NCBI GenBank assembly: GCA_051362555.1
Contig: CM120642.1
Span: forward strand, 3,596,001 to 3,660,000
Length of the DNA stretch: 64,000 nucleotides
Direction of reading: 5' to 3'
DNA from: Lingula anatina
Lineage: Eukaryota; Animalia; Brachiopoda
In this document: in pieces, positions 14,231 to 27,912 of the stretch
How positions within the stretch are numbered: the first letter of the stretch is position 1
Layout of the letters: every line of letters starts with the position of its first letter
Notes under the pieces: model-generated
Seen by the model: only the letters and a program-made list of their open reading frames with translations
Databases searched by the model: none
Told to the model about the DNA's origin: nothing
Program-made: the position numbers and the translations under genes

Positions 14231-15454
14231 ATGAGTAACTTGACGAGAGCATTTTTGGTTGTTTCAGCAATGGGTTATTTGGGCCCGTTGATATCAAACG
14301 CCCAGGGTCAGGTAGGAGCAGTCGGTGCTACCGGTCAACATTTGCAAGGCGCTACGTCAAAGGTTATATGAACAGGCCGCCTTTTATTCGAAATAGTCGT
14401 TAGTTTTCTGTTGTTATGGTCTGAAGTTCGATTCTCTAATAAGAGTCTAATTATTAAAAAAAATGCATGGACACGAACATGTTTTCTAGCTCTAGATTAA
14501 TTTATAAATTTTGAGGCATGTTTATGGCATCACTCGTAATCAAAAGCTTTTGTACGTAATTTCGCCTTAATATGCGTTTAATTTTTCATGTTGTTTTCTT
14601 TTTTCGCACATTGTGCTATTTAGGAAATTTGAGTGTTTTTCGACAGGTGTGTCAATTCAATAATAAAGTAATAATGTCAATAAACTGTCTTAATTGCGCC
14701 CGTGTGAAACTTGGGAATTCCTTTATATTTACAAATTTATTCATATACATTGAGTATCATACAATTGAAATATTGTGAAGGTTTTTTAATACGTGTCCTG
14801 GTAGACTTCTGAAGAGAGTTTTCATCTTATAGCAATGTTTTAAAGACGGAAAGGATGGAAAAGACGGCACCGACGGAAGAGATAGAAGAGACGGGCGTCG
14901 GGGAGAAAGGGGCCCTCCTGGACCAAAGGGGGAACCCGGTGAGTTTCGGATACAAATACAGATACATGATTTTAATATATATTAAAGCCAGTATCATTTG
15001 TTGTGATTTTTTTTGGTAAATTATACATAACTGCTATACATCAGTCTGGTTTATTGGTTGCATGGGAAGCCCTTTACTTTTTATGCTATTTCAGGAACTC
15101 CTTGTGTCCAAAGAAACGTGAAGCAATTTGCATGGACAGATATAAATGACGGGAGAGATAATGGCTTGATCAAGGTACTAACAGACGTCTTATATAGTCT
15201 AAACATTTTTCGATGCGTTTGATTGTTCATAGCTGTATATTGGTGTTGGTACGTGCAAGGACGTATATTGAATATATCAATATACATCCTTGGTACGTGT
15301 AACTCTGCTACTTTTTGTAAGTAATTGATTGTTATTTTTATAAAAGAATGGGCACAAGAAAAGAGCGCCTGTCGTGCCACAAATGTTGTCAAGTTATCTC
15401 GATATTAAAGTTTTCTATAGTTTCCATAACAATTATGCCAGGCCAAAATATAAA

Positions 15455-15485
<31 letters not shown>

Positions 15486-16189
15486 TGAAAAGGGTTTTTA
15501 TTTAAGTGTGCGAGATTTGATATGTCAGACGCACCCAGAAAACCAAATTATGAAAATTGTTTCTACACTTTACTTCAGGAGGTGAGGTTTGTCAAAGCGA
15601 AGGGATCAACCATGCTCCGTGTTGGTTTCCATGGCAATATCCGTGTCATGGCCACTGCTGGAAACCCTGAAGCCTGTCGCAGATATTGGTTTACTTTCAA
15701 TGGCACTGAATGCGACAGTCCAACAGTTATAGATGGGAAGTTTTATGTTCGCCATAAATTTAATGTCCACCGGCATTCCACCAGTAAGTTAGAATGTGAT
15801 GAAATCACACAGATAACGGGAGCGCACTTTGTAAAACTATACTGTATTTTATAACAAAATTGATTAAAAATTAAACAAAAATCGATAGTACATAAATATG
15901 CAGAAAGTGTGTAAATTAATAGATAATTGGGAAAATCTGCTGGTAAAGTTAGGGGAACTCGCAAGTGAAGTTGCAAAATTAAAAAAAAAACTTCCTATCA
16001 GATATAATTTTTGCTCTGATAATCGATTCATCATCTTCCTTCTCAGTTGAAGGTATCTGCGAGAACCTGGCAACAGGAGAAGTGGTGATTGGTTTTCATG
16101 TTGGGCAATGCAGAAACTATCCTTCTCAAATGGCTGATGCATACACAGGATGGCAGAGTGCCACTAGGATTATCGTGGAAGAATTCTGA
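14231..16189 (+). CDS. CTHRC1: Collagen triple helix repeat-containing protein 1-like; exons 14231-14311, 14833-14938, 15095-15174, 15579-15783, 16047-16189
   Basis: Signal peptide, short Gly-X-Y tract (GKDGKDGTDGRD..GERGPPGPKGEPG), then CTHRC1 C-domain motifs RNVKQxAW, LRVGFHGNIR, CRRYWFTFNGTEC, NVHRHSTIEGIC, ADAYTGWQSATRIIVEEF. Confidence 0.9.
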
Positions 16190-16778
16190 AAACTACCAAA
16201 AGACACGTTCTGCATCACACTAGAGAGAATTATATCCTTTTACAGCGTGCGATAATAGGCGTGAATAGTATTCCTTGATAACTGAAAGACACAAAAAGTG
16301 CAGGCATTATATTTACTTTATTTCACCAATAAAGCTTTTCAATCACTACCATGATTTTATGTCAAAAAAGTTCACATTAGAAATAAACACATATCCAAAT
16401 ATCCAAACAACATTTCAGCTTTGTTGACGTGTCAAAGGGACTACTTTTAACATCATATTCGAACAGGAGAGCAGTGATTTTCCTTTCAATATAGCAGAAA
16501 ATCAGGGAAAGCCCTAAAACGCTGTCACAATGTAAAATAAAATGCTTAATGAGTTTGTGAACGAGGAGATTGGGGGGGGGGGGGGGGGGGGGGGGGGGAG
16601 GGCAAAAGCATCCAATGTTATTTTCACTCGGAAATTTAAACGAAAAAATCGTCCCCATTTATAAAATTTATTTTCATGGTCTTCACAAGCTAACAAAATA
16701 GTCTTCACTAGTTGTGAAAAGAGAACCAACTAAAAGACCAATAAGAATAAGAATAATAGAAAATTACAATAATAATTA

Positions 16779-17123
16779 CTTAAAGGGATAATAACTCTTC
16801 GTATGATATCTTTATTTCACAATAAAAAACATTGTTAACTCATAGAAATATAATATATTCTATTTTGCCACAAAAACAGCAGTTATAGCTATTATTCTGA
16901 TATCTGAGCTTGTCTTCAGATCACGTTACTTCCATTGATGGCTGCACTCTGTTTTAATCTCTTAAGAGATTTTAACAAAAAACCAAACTTTTTAGAAAAA
17001 AACCAGGGACTAACTTTGAACGCAAAAATGGATTCATTAACCATTGGTAAGTATGGGAAAATTGTTGTTTACTCCAATAAAATTCATTTTTTGGCCAAAA
17101 CGAAGAGTTATTATCCCTTTAAG
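16779..17123. mobile_element. MITE with terminal inverted repeats and TTAA flanks (Kolobok-like); a second copy lies inverted at about 58598-58941
   Basis: ttaaAGGGATAATAACTCTTCGT ... ACGAAGAGTTATTATCCCTttaa; the internal sequence matches 58598-58941 in reverse orientation. Confidence 0.7.
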
Positions 17124-18124
17124 TTTCTATCTCAAACAATTTTCCTGATAATCTTAAGTTTCATTCTTTTTCTTTTTTTTCTATGCATTGTTTAAGTATT
17201 AGTTAATGTTAGGGATGTGGAATAATTTTTAAATCATTTTTTTACCGAGAGGGCATCTTGTACTGCTGGCATAAAAACATATTAAACATTAAAATATTAG
17301 GTATGTTTGGTTAAAACTCTGTTTTAAAAACCTGCAGGTTATCTTAAATAAAGTTGAATAAATATATGACACAAGTTACTAAAATACGAAGTCAGTAGCA
17401 TAAACTTCTAATTACAAAAGTGATTTAATTTTCCTTTAGTCAATTTTCAAATACAATGTTAAGAAATTAAACACCATCTTAAATAGTTATCAAAACACTA
17501 TGTTAATTAAAAATCTTAAAAATGAAATGAAGATTAGAAAAAACAATTACAACATCAAATCAAAACTTAATTAAATTGGTTTTTCATAAAATGCTCATCT
17601 CTAAACATTATGAGCTATTTGGATGGTTGGGAGACAGAAGACTACTTTTTATCTTTACATATTTAAATTTGTATATAGCAATTATTTCACCAAGCAACAG
17701 TACATACTCTAAATAAGTAACAGTATATAGTAAGTATTTTTATAACATGTAATGGGCTACACACAGTAATCTGTAGCACAATTAACAACAAAATTCACTA
17801 TTTGTATGACACACAAACACACACAAACGTATATAACCCATAGTGCTTATAAAATTTTTCCTCAGTTTATGTGTTAAAGATAGTCTATAAAAACTAATGA
17901 TGCAAGAATTGCTATACACACTGACAAACAATTCCATTCAGATCAAAGTTTTTAAATATGTAGGTAGAACAAGGCAGCAAAGCTGTCAAATGTACAGGCA
18001 TCAAGAAAAAAAAATATAATCAAGCTGGTCTGCCAATTTGCCATTTGATAAAATATGCTGAAAAAAATTAAGTTCTCATTTTATTTGTATAAGGGCAGAT
18101 AAAATGTGCTGAATAATGCAAAAC

Positions 18125-18470
18125 AACAGCATAACTTTTGGAAAAATGGTCCAATCAGGCTGAATTTTGAGCTTCACCTGTATTTTTAATGCATACGGAA
18201 CTTTTGGAAAAATGGTCCAATCAGGCTGAATTTTGAGCTTCACCTGTATTTTTTAATGCATACGGAACTTTTGGAAAAATGGTACAATCTGGCTGATTTT
18301 TAAACTTGCCCTGTATTTTATGAATATTCAACAGTTCTGTAACTTTGAAGACAAAAAGTCAAACTGTTTTCATCTCATTTGTACACTGTAACACTGAAAG
18401 TGCACAACGACAGCAACGACGACAGACACAGGTGACAGCTATATATACAGACACAGATGTGTCTGTACAT
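18125..18470 (-). repeat. Non-autonomous Helentron/pearl-like element with about 3 x 66-bp tandem units and a terminal hairpin
   Basis: Unit aacttttggaaaaatggtccaatcaggctgaattttgagcttcacctgtatt...; ACG microsatellite and palindrome tacagacacagatgtgtctgta shared with 46230. Confidence 0.6.
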
Positions 18471-18632
18471 AAAAAGTAAAAATTAAAAATAAAAAGTAAA
18501 AATCCTGATATTTCTTTTGTTTTGAGCAAAAAAAGTCACATTATATTATATTATAGACATCAGATATTTCAAAATTCAACATTAAAAATCAACAATAAAA
18601 ATGTTCACGTAAACAGAGCTGAGCTGTATGTC

Positions 18633-20186
18633 TCAAGCTACTGAATTCTCCACAAGTGAAATCTTTCTGTTCTCATCCTGATTTTCTCCCTCCGTCTCCC
18701 TCTCCTGATTCTCATTTTGTTCCAGAGAAAGTAAATTTACACCAATTTCTTCATCAGCACTGAGGGGGATCTCCTCACCAGTTTCTGGAATCTTCTGGTT
18801 GTTTTCCTTGTCTAAAAGAAAAGTGCTACCAACATGTCTCATGGCCAACAGTTAAAAATACACTGACTTACAATTGCTCAGCTCATAGATTATGATAACG
18901 TTAAAACTATATAGGCTGACATTCAATTTATGCTTAAAAAGTGTAAATTTAGTCAATAAATACATTTGATTCGAACACAGGTCTGGAGAAAATTCTATAA
19001 ACGTCCACATATACCCCACTGTTCAAGTTATCTTTTTAAAATGAAATGCAAATCTCCACAAATTTAGGTAATAATAATAATATTTATTTATAGTCTAAAA
19101 TCCAACATGTGTTCAGTAGACTTTACAAAAATTATAAAATCCAAATTAAAAGTAAAATATTGCTAATGGTTATAAGATGAAAGGATATATAAAATGGATA
19201 AAAAAAGGAGAAATTTAAAACTATGACTAAGAGCAGTTCTTCTTAAGAAGTGTTTTTTCAAGAATTTAAAGATAATATTGTTTAAAAAGGTGGGTTTTAA
19301 GTTCCTTTTTAAAATGTCCAGGGTCCACAATTTGTCTAAGACTGAAGTGTGAGCTTGCAAGACCATTTTCAACCCAGGTGCCATTTCTGGCTTCACGCTA
19401 ATCTTTCCATTTCTTCAAATGGCCTGTGCATATGCCTTAAAGGCACTTTACATCTTTTACTGGTAATAAAATTGATATCTAAAAAATGCACCTACACTTC
19501 TGAAACACAGCATCTAACACAATGTTAAAGAAGGGCAAGTAATAGTTAACATGGCAAGAAGCCAAATATGTCTCTTATATATGCATTTTAGATATCTACC
19601 ATTTCTTTAACAAAAATAAAAAAAAGAAAGAAAGAAAGAAAAACCTCCAAATTAATTTTTTCTTTCATTGTTATTACATGAATCAACCATACCTTCCTCT
19701 TCTTCTGTGTGTTCTTTTTTCACATGTTTCTTCCTGACAACAAATTTCTCCAGTGGCCAGACAATGACCAATACAATCAGGGAGGAGAAAGCAAAGCAGC
19801 GGAACATCACCACTCCACCATAGGCGTGGTACAGCTGGCCAGCGACCAGGGAGCCAATGCCAAGTCCTAGTGTTATCAAATACAAAAGTATATTAATTTG
19901 ACTAAAAAAAAAGGTTAACTGCATATTTGTGAAGTCTTGATGAAATCCATTAAAAAGTTTTGATCAGTAAGGACCTACTAAAAAGTTGGGCAAAAAAGGT
20001 GTAGAACAACAGAATGAAAGATTGTCATAGCATGGAGTTCACTCAGTGCATGTCAGTAGCTGTATATGTAGTAATCCCTTCTGCAAATTTGCATTCACTG
20101 CTAGTGAATATGCGATGATCTACATGAGAATTTCTGCTCGTCATTTTATTTATATTTTTTGAGATAGATGAAATAAGCCATTCGGT

Positions 20187-20229
<43 letters not shown>

Positions 20230-22419
20230 TCATACACCCACTTTTGCATGTGCAAAAAAAGTACTTACTTGCTTTCCTACATGAGTGTCTGAATAAATTA
20301 GGAACTGTGCATATGGTAATAACTCAGACTTTTCAATGGAGGAAAATGGTGAATTTTACTGATACTGTATTTTTTAGGTTATAATTTCAAAAAATCAAAA
20401 ATAAAATTCTATTGATTGGTAGCAACAAAATTGAAAATCAGGTTACTCTACAGTTCTCTTCCGTGCAGTAAAAGTACCACAAATGCTGTATAGAAATATA
20501 ATTTTGTAATTATAAAATTACATATCTGAAAGTTTCACAATTTTTGCCTATTGAAAAGATCGAGTCGTATCTGTGTGCTCGACATACCCATGCCCCAGTG
20601 TATTCCTGCCATCAGACCCTGCAGAGTCGCCGACATCCCTGGGGGGGCTATGATATCCGTGTACTCTGTGGCCGCAGAGAACAGGAGGCCGTATGTGATC
20701 CCATGCAGTGGCTCTATCAACAGAACGAGCCAGGGCTCTTTCAGAAATGAGTAGGCTCCGAATCGTAGAGCATACGCAAGAAGAGTGACATGCAAGCATG
20801 GTATATGACCCACTTTTTTTATGATGAATCCAGCGAAATATAACATTGGGGTCTCCGCGACACATTCCACCAACAGCGTGAGCCCCATCAGAAGCTTGGG
20901 ACTGCACAATTCTCCCAGGTACCAAAATAGAAAGGACATTAGAACTCCAGCATATATCCCCAAGATTAACATGACAAAGAGAAATAAGCAAATCTCAGTG
21001 TCTTTAAATAAAAGTGAGAGATTCTTCATCATCTGAGAACAGTGTACATCCTCAGCTATGTGCATGAATTTTGAAGAGATTGCAGCCAACAAAAGCATAC
21101 CCCCATGCAAGTAAAATGCCGGAGAAAAATCAGGCTGAGATTCGCTTTCACTAAAAGAGTCCATAAAAAGCCCTGAGATGACAGCAAATGTGGCAAAACC
21201 AATCGTTCCAAACATTCTTGTACGCCCCCATTTGCTACCTTCATCACCCAAAATACCGTAAGTGATAGCATCATTGATACTTAGACAAGGCATGTAAAAT
21301 GTCTGCCCAATAAAAAACAGCACCAAGAACAGACCGAAAGTTAAATCATGGCTGCTTATCTTACTGTCATTTATGACTTCATTCTGAGAATCATTTTTGT
21401 TGCAATACTGAATCTGACATTTCATGTTCAATTCATTTTGTACTTTAAATACATCAAAGTAAGTATTGTTTGCCCTAAATGATTCGATTGAATACTGTGG
21501 GCAATCTTTCCAAGGTAAAACAGAGATTTTGTCACTGGTAGAATTCAAGAAAATCAGCTCCAAAGAGACATCTTCCACATTCACTAAATTCGAGTCAAAC
21601 AGTTCCAGGCAATAGTTAGCAGTACTGTTACAAAATTGGAGGCTGGTCTCAGAACCATCGTTCATTAGTGTGTCAAGTACTGTGCATGTCAAATTACACA
21701 GCCGAGTAGCCTTCAATGTATTTTCTTTCAGAACACTTTCTTCACATTTACCATGCAGATCAAGATCTTCCACATTCGTCCCATACAACTGGCATTTGCT
21801 GACAGTCACTGAACTGCTATTTGCATGGAAAAATACATGAACTGGTACCAACTCGGGTTCCACGTGAGGAACAAAAAGACACGTGACATGGAACGTTCCA
21901 GCAAATAGAGCACAAACGATCAGCACTATTTTATGTTTATTGAACTTGTCAGCTATTATTCCCCATATAGGCCTGATGAGAAAGCCTAGAAAAGGCATGA
22001 CGCCATAGATTATGGCGGATTCTGACGCTGTTAGTCCTATGTGCTTCATGTACACTGTCAAGTACGGCAGGAGTGATGCAACACCTGGGGATGTACAAAG
22101 AAATGGTCAGGTTTGGTCATGACATTTTGCCATACATCAATATATTACAATGTGAATTTAATGTTCTTTAAATCAATGAGGTTCAATATTAGTTTAAATT
22201 TCTTTTTTGTTACTGTTTTGACTTTCAAAGTAGTGCAAATGTAAAGTCTTATTCCACAGAGGCTGTTTGAATTCTACTGGTAATTACAATATGGCAGTGT
22301 GGTAAACATGCACTGTTGTAGCTCTCACCTGCCATGAACAGAAAGTAGAATGCCTTGCATGGCAAAAGTTGCTTGTTGATCACTGGAGAGCAGGTGCAGG
22401 ATGCCTTTTTCTTCATCAT
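18633..22419 (-). CDS. MFSD6: MFSD6-like major facilitator superfamily protein; exons 22329-22419, 20588-22084, 19693-19866 (or read-through to stop at 19652), 18633-18811
   Basis: INKQLLPCKAFYFLFMAGVASLLPYLTVYMKHIGL start, Cys-rich lumenal loop, WGRTRMFGTIG, LIEPLHGITYGL, ATLQGLMAGIHWGMGLGIGSLVAG; in-frame stop upstream of the ATG at 22419. Confidence 0.9.
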
Positions 22420-24747
22420 TAGAGATTCTTATATGACAATAACTGACCTCAGGTGACGAGATTCACATAAGAGATTCTGGACTCTTATATGATGATTACA
22501 GGATGGAGATGAGATTCATATTGTACAGGACCTGCAGATGTAAAATAAATAAACTGATCATTAACAGAACACAGACTTTTTTAATCCACCGGTCATAAAA
22601 AGAATTGCTATTGATTCTCATAATAAGCACTGATATTCATTCTTATATTATACAACAAGTGAATAGTTCAGTCCATCAAGCTTAGCTATAGACAGCTGCA
22701 ACTACATACTGCACCACAGCATTTGACTGATGCTTAAAAATGAATAAAATCTCAGCAAAAATTCAATGGTACAACATTTTAAAAATTCTGATTATTTTTT
22801 TCAGTGTTAAATAAATACTGGTTTGTGACAAAAAATCAAACTTCAATTTCAAACAGTCTTTAATACTTAATATATACAATACTGGAAATTATTTTTTCTT
22901 CCCACATATTCTGACTGAGTAAACCAAATTGAATAAAGAAATTGCTAAATAAATTATGAAGTGCTGACTGATACATGCATTGAATCTTATACATTATGTA
23001 AAAATATGAATGGATTGGTTGAGTAGTCTGTATTGGTCTTTGACAAAAAGGTACCAAATATGCCAGGAGAATACCGACTTTGAATGGAGGATTCAGTGAC
23101 TGTTTTAAATGTCTTAAAATTTACATTTTACAAAATCAAAGTGCAGTCTCCTGGTATATATTATGTACAATATGATGAAAATGAGTCTTGTTTGAGCTAG
23201 TAAGTGGAATTTTACATGATTGGTCATGCTTCAAGCTTGCCCAAAATTTTAAATATAATTTCCTTTGCTTAAAAGAAAACAATTAAAACAACCACTATTT
23301 GTTTTTTCCTTCAGTGACTAAAAAATGAAGAATTGCAGCACACTATTCTATTATAATTTCCTAGCCAGGTAAGCTGCCATTGCATTTGGAAGTTGAACAT
23401 ATATCTACTTAAATCATGAAAGCTGTTTAAACCTTGTATTATCCATAGACACTGTTGCATTTATATTTATACAATAGTATTACAGTATCACATTTACCAT
23501 ATCCAATATGTCTGTATTAATATAAAGCACCAGTCATACTGTTCACAATATTCACCATAATCCCCTAGTCAATTCTTGAGGTCAGTAGTCACATTAATAA
23601 TATCTTTCCTGTATGTTAACAGTTTCCCCTGCACTACATGGGCCTGCATACCATCACCGCAGGATACAGTAGGCATCAATCCATGTGTAAATAAGGAGTC
23701 ACTTTGTTTAATACCTCTATTATATACCACTCAAGCCAATGGTTATCTACTGGTATTTGTTATTGTAGTATATATGCCATATGTAGGATTTAAGGGGTGG
23801 TACTTGTGTTGCACCTGCAAAACTAATATGAACCTATATGGGTCGGCACCTGCAGTATCAAACAGTAATTTAACATCATCTCTAAGACTCAAGTGCCCAA
23901 TACATATGATTTAATGTACAACACATGAAGAAGTACTTACACATGTGCCCAAAATTAACATTACCGAGCTACAGGATCAACATATCTGAATTATTCAAGC
24001 TGTCGTTACAAAAGTGGTCCTACACTTACTGACACTTTTAAATGACAAATAATAAATAAATAAATAAATAAATAAAATAAATTTTCTTCACTTTTATTGA
24101 TTTATTTCAATTCATCTAGATAGCAGTGTCAAAAATAGGAAAGTAATGTCAAGCAGATACACTCTCAACATCAATTAATGAATAATCTTTTTCTGCTTAA
24201 ATATAATCTCTGTATGAAAAAGAATAATATATAATTCGCATTCATAAATGTGTGGATTTATTTTGCCTTTTACATCTTACAAAACGATAGGAATTAAATG
24301 GTTTTACATCAAACATTAAAGTAGAAACCAACTACGATCTCGTGCGAATCCACAAAAGGATCAAATGAGGTGATAGCAAAGCGACACTTACATTGTGCAA
24401 ATCTATTTCCCCAGGTGTAATCAAAGGCATTGCTATGCTTCCATGTAGGCTGAAAGGTAGGTCCCCGGTGCTGGGATGCACACCTCCTACCCTAAAGGGA
24501 TACTATTTCAGCAGTGCAGTATGTACACGTGGTCGTGTAATAATAATTTGTATCAGAAACGTTAAAAGCCATATGTTGATGATTTTCTCCACGCAAAATT
24601 CCTTCTTCGCACCTTAATTGTCCCTCGATCATCTGTGCTCTTTTGACAAAATCGATCTCTATTTACTGAAGAGTGGCAAAACCACTTCGCTGCGAACCTC
24701 TTTGTTGGAACCCGAGTAGATTTTCTGCAGGGGTTTGTCGTATCCAG

Positions 24748-24992
24748 AAGCGGATTTAGAGGGGGGGAAGAGGGGTCCTGACCGCCCCTTCAGTCATTAA
24801 AAATCACACTAATTTCCCCGTCTTGGAATTAGAATTATGACTAACTGTTTAAAAAGTATAGTTCTAAACCGTAGGCCTACCAACTGGCTTCGTTCGCCCT
24901 CTAATTAAAAAAAAAATTGGGGCCCTTAAGCGGGCCCCGAACCCCATGCATCCGCGTACCCCCCCCCCCCCGCCCCCTTAAAAAAATCCAGG
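24748..24992. mobile_element. Small GC-rich MITE (GCGGAT..AG / C.GGATCC.C ends); related degenerate copies near 51430-51620 and 61760-61965
   Basis: Imperfect inverted ends gaagcggatttagaggggg ... ccccttaaaaaaatccaggatccacttc. Confidence 0.45.
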
Positions 24993-25799
24993 ATCCACTT
25001 CCAAAATCGGTGTCAATGGACCCCTGCATCACATGTAGGACTATAACATGAAAAATGAAAAATTTATTAAGGTGTCTACAAGGTCTGTGGTTACTCTTAT
25101 CAGGACACGGAGTCCTAAAGACAACAACTGAAGCTTAAGCTTACACTTAAAATGCAGGGTCCCGTTGGTGGTGGGGGGGAGGGGGGTATAGCGATCATGA
25201 TGCATTCACGGAAATCAAAGGCGATTTTAGACGTCCTTCAGTGTGATTTTAGCTTTAGCACTTTATTTACCAACAATAAAACACAATTTACCTAAATCTC
25301 ACTCTAACGCAGTATCACGAATCGTGTTTAAAAAGCTGATGTTCTAATTAAATTACTGCCATGATCAAGTGCGTGACTGTTCTGAGATTTATTAGTTTTC
25401 GTTAAAAGTGTTGCCTCACAAAATAAATTAACCCCAAAAAATACCCAATTAAATGTTAACAGACTATCTTAACCCCCTTCTAATAAATCTATATTATCTT
25501 TGCATCATCACGAGTTGTCCATAAAAGTCCCTATGTGATGACTCATTCGGAAAAAACCCTTTCCAAATATGTTAGCTGCGCAAAACGACCAACTAAAGCA
25601 ATTTAGGATGGCCGTGGTATAGGTTGATGCTAGAATACCAGAGTGGGTGAAATATTCTACTTACGAACTTGCATGAATGGATAAATGGATGGGTATAGCT
25701 TGGGTAAAGTCAGTGAATGTTAATAATGGTGGCTGAGTGCAAAACAATGGACGTTTGAAAAAAAAAAACAAAAAACAATTTATTGTTAAAATAATGAAA

Positions 25800-26357
25800 A
25801 TAATAACTAGACTGCAACTGGCTCAAGGCAGTGGCGGAGGATTCCCCAGCACATGACCTTTGAACTTGAAGGGAATGGGCACTTACAAGGTCATGTGAAG
25901 GTCACAGGTTAAATTTGAACCCATATGAATTCTGAAAGAGCATGTGCGAACTGGGTGGGGGGGGGGGGGGGGGGGTTGCAACAAAACATCACTTTTAGCC
26001 CACGTCAATATTTCTCCATGAAATAGCCAAATGACCTTGAAAATGAGGGTCAAGGTCAAATTTGACATTTGATTTAGCAGTTTTGGGTATATGTTTGGGG
26101 TAGTTTACTATAGCATACTATGACCAAAAACCAGTATTTCATTGAGAATTTCCCAGTCACGATTTCTGCAATGTCATAAATAGTTAAAAATCTATATTAA
26201 AAAAAGTAATTAGGCAGTCACTACCAAAGTTCGGCTAACCTTAGATAAATATATAGGGCATCATTTGCCACTAAGATCAGGGCTCTGGGCTCTCCAGTTT
26301 TTGAGATCTCGGAAACAAACCTGTTTTGAACCTGTTTGGCTATTAGCGACCTTGACC
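25800..26357. repeat. Dispersed repeat rich in TGACCTTGA/TCAAGGTCA motifs (pearl/Helentron-like remnant)
   Basis: Starts aataactagactgc; repeated tgaccttg and aggtca motifs. Confidence 0.45.
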
Positions 26358-27347
26358 TACTTACATAAACTTACAGTGGTAGCATGATCGATCTATTTCT
26401 ATGGGGATTCTTGCAAAGAGGCAATCAATTAAAGTAATCAACCTAACTGTCTGGTACGGAACTTTAAGTTCTTAAGGCAAAGTTGGGGGAAAAACTTTGG
26501 GGTCCATGTTGTTGTTCATGTTGCTTTGGGAGGGAGCGTCAGACAATAAAGCTGATTATAGACCGACTTAGCCATATAGTTATCAAGAATCCCTAGTGAG
26601 ATAGATCTATCCTGCTAGTTTGATAACTTCAATTCTGAACACAGACTTTATCTTTAAATATTAATTTATATTGCCATACAAAGATTTATTTTGCATTGTA
26701 AAACATGGCAGCAAAGCACAGACAATAAAGCAAAAATGATGCACCAAACAGTTTTTGTCTATTCTACATAAACATACCTTCAACAGTAGAATCAACACCA
26801 ACTTTAACATATGAATATCCAGAAAAAGTGGCTTCAGGCCAATGGATGTAAAAAACAACACCATGAAAAATGTGTGAAAAAACTGCACAACTTTTTGAGT
26901 AATACTCAAATCAGGCTTGTTTTCAAACTCCTTTTGATAATCTGCACCAGTCTTGTAAGTTTGAAGACAACAGGTTGATTGATTTTCCACCTAATGTGTA
27001 ATTTGTATTGCATTTACTGTGATGGATGCTGGTCAAAAAAATTGTCTGATCATGCTAATTTTTAACTCAAACTCGGGTCTTAACTATGTGTGGCAATCAT
27101 GAATAAAAAAAAAAAAAAAAAAACATGAGTCACAAGCAGGGCAGATAATACGAAAGCTGAGATTAATGAAAATTATAATAATACCTCTATACACATGCAC
27201 TGGGATATCACTTTATAGCCATTGCATGATAATGTCTCTATAAATGAAGGCATACTAGATGATATTTACACAATAGCACACATGAAACAAAACTGTCTGG
27301 ATACACGATAACAGGCTAAGTCCATTGAAAAGCATCCACATCCACAT

Positions 27348-27420
27348 ACAGACCACTGCAATCAACTATTATACAAATAAACATTGTATCAGCATTGACA
27401 AATGCATATTTGGGATCTTG
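27348..27420 (-). pseudogene. Diverged duplicate of the last 24 codons of TRAF2 (copy of 28511-28583)
   Basis: 64/73 nt identical by manual alignment; encodes QDPKYAFVNADTMFICIIVDCSGL versus QDSRHAYVKDDTMFIRIIVDCSGL. Confidence 0.8.
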
Positions 27421-27912
27421 CTTAAGAAATGAATCTGAGGAAAAACCACTTACATACAATAAAGCATGACTTCATCAGAACTTAACCAATTAAGATAATT
27501 TTCAAACTTGATCTGTATACATATTAGTCCTATGAATCAGTCCTGCAACTTTTAAAACAAAATATGACATGGTTTTATGTCATCTGTATAAAAATGCTGA
27601 AAAAAAATATATATACGAAGTATTTACATTGTCACATGAAGATATTTTTGCATTGGTAAACAAAAAAGACAAAAACAAGAAATGCTGCACAAAATTGGTT
27701 ATTTAAAATAAAATAATATAATATATAATGAAATAAATAATAAAATAATAATAATATAACATAAAATGGGTTGTTTTGTCAATAATGATGCAATATTACA
27801 TAATGGTAAACATTATCACCACAGAATTTAAATTATTTGCCACAGGTAAGATGGACCTTCAGAACATGTAACTAGCTAAGGGCCTACAAAATTAAGGCCC
27901 ATGGAAGATTAA

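Noticed and set aside
16571-16600. Long G/C homopolymers (also about 25955, 36283, 51580, 58367) as G-quadruplex elements
   Set aside because: Scattered simple repeats, often inside mobile elements; lengths may be sequencing-dependent; no positional pattern
20544-21274. Several overlapping or antisense ORFs within MFSD6 (similar ones in TRAF2 and the oxidase)
   Set aside because: Shadow ORFs of real coding exons with no recognisable motifs
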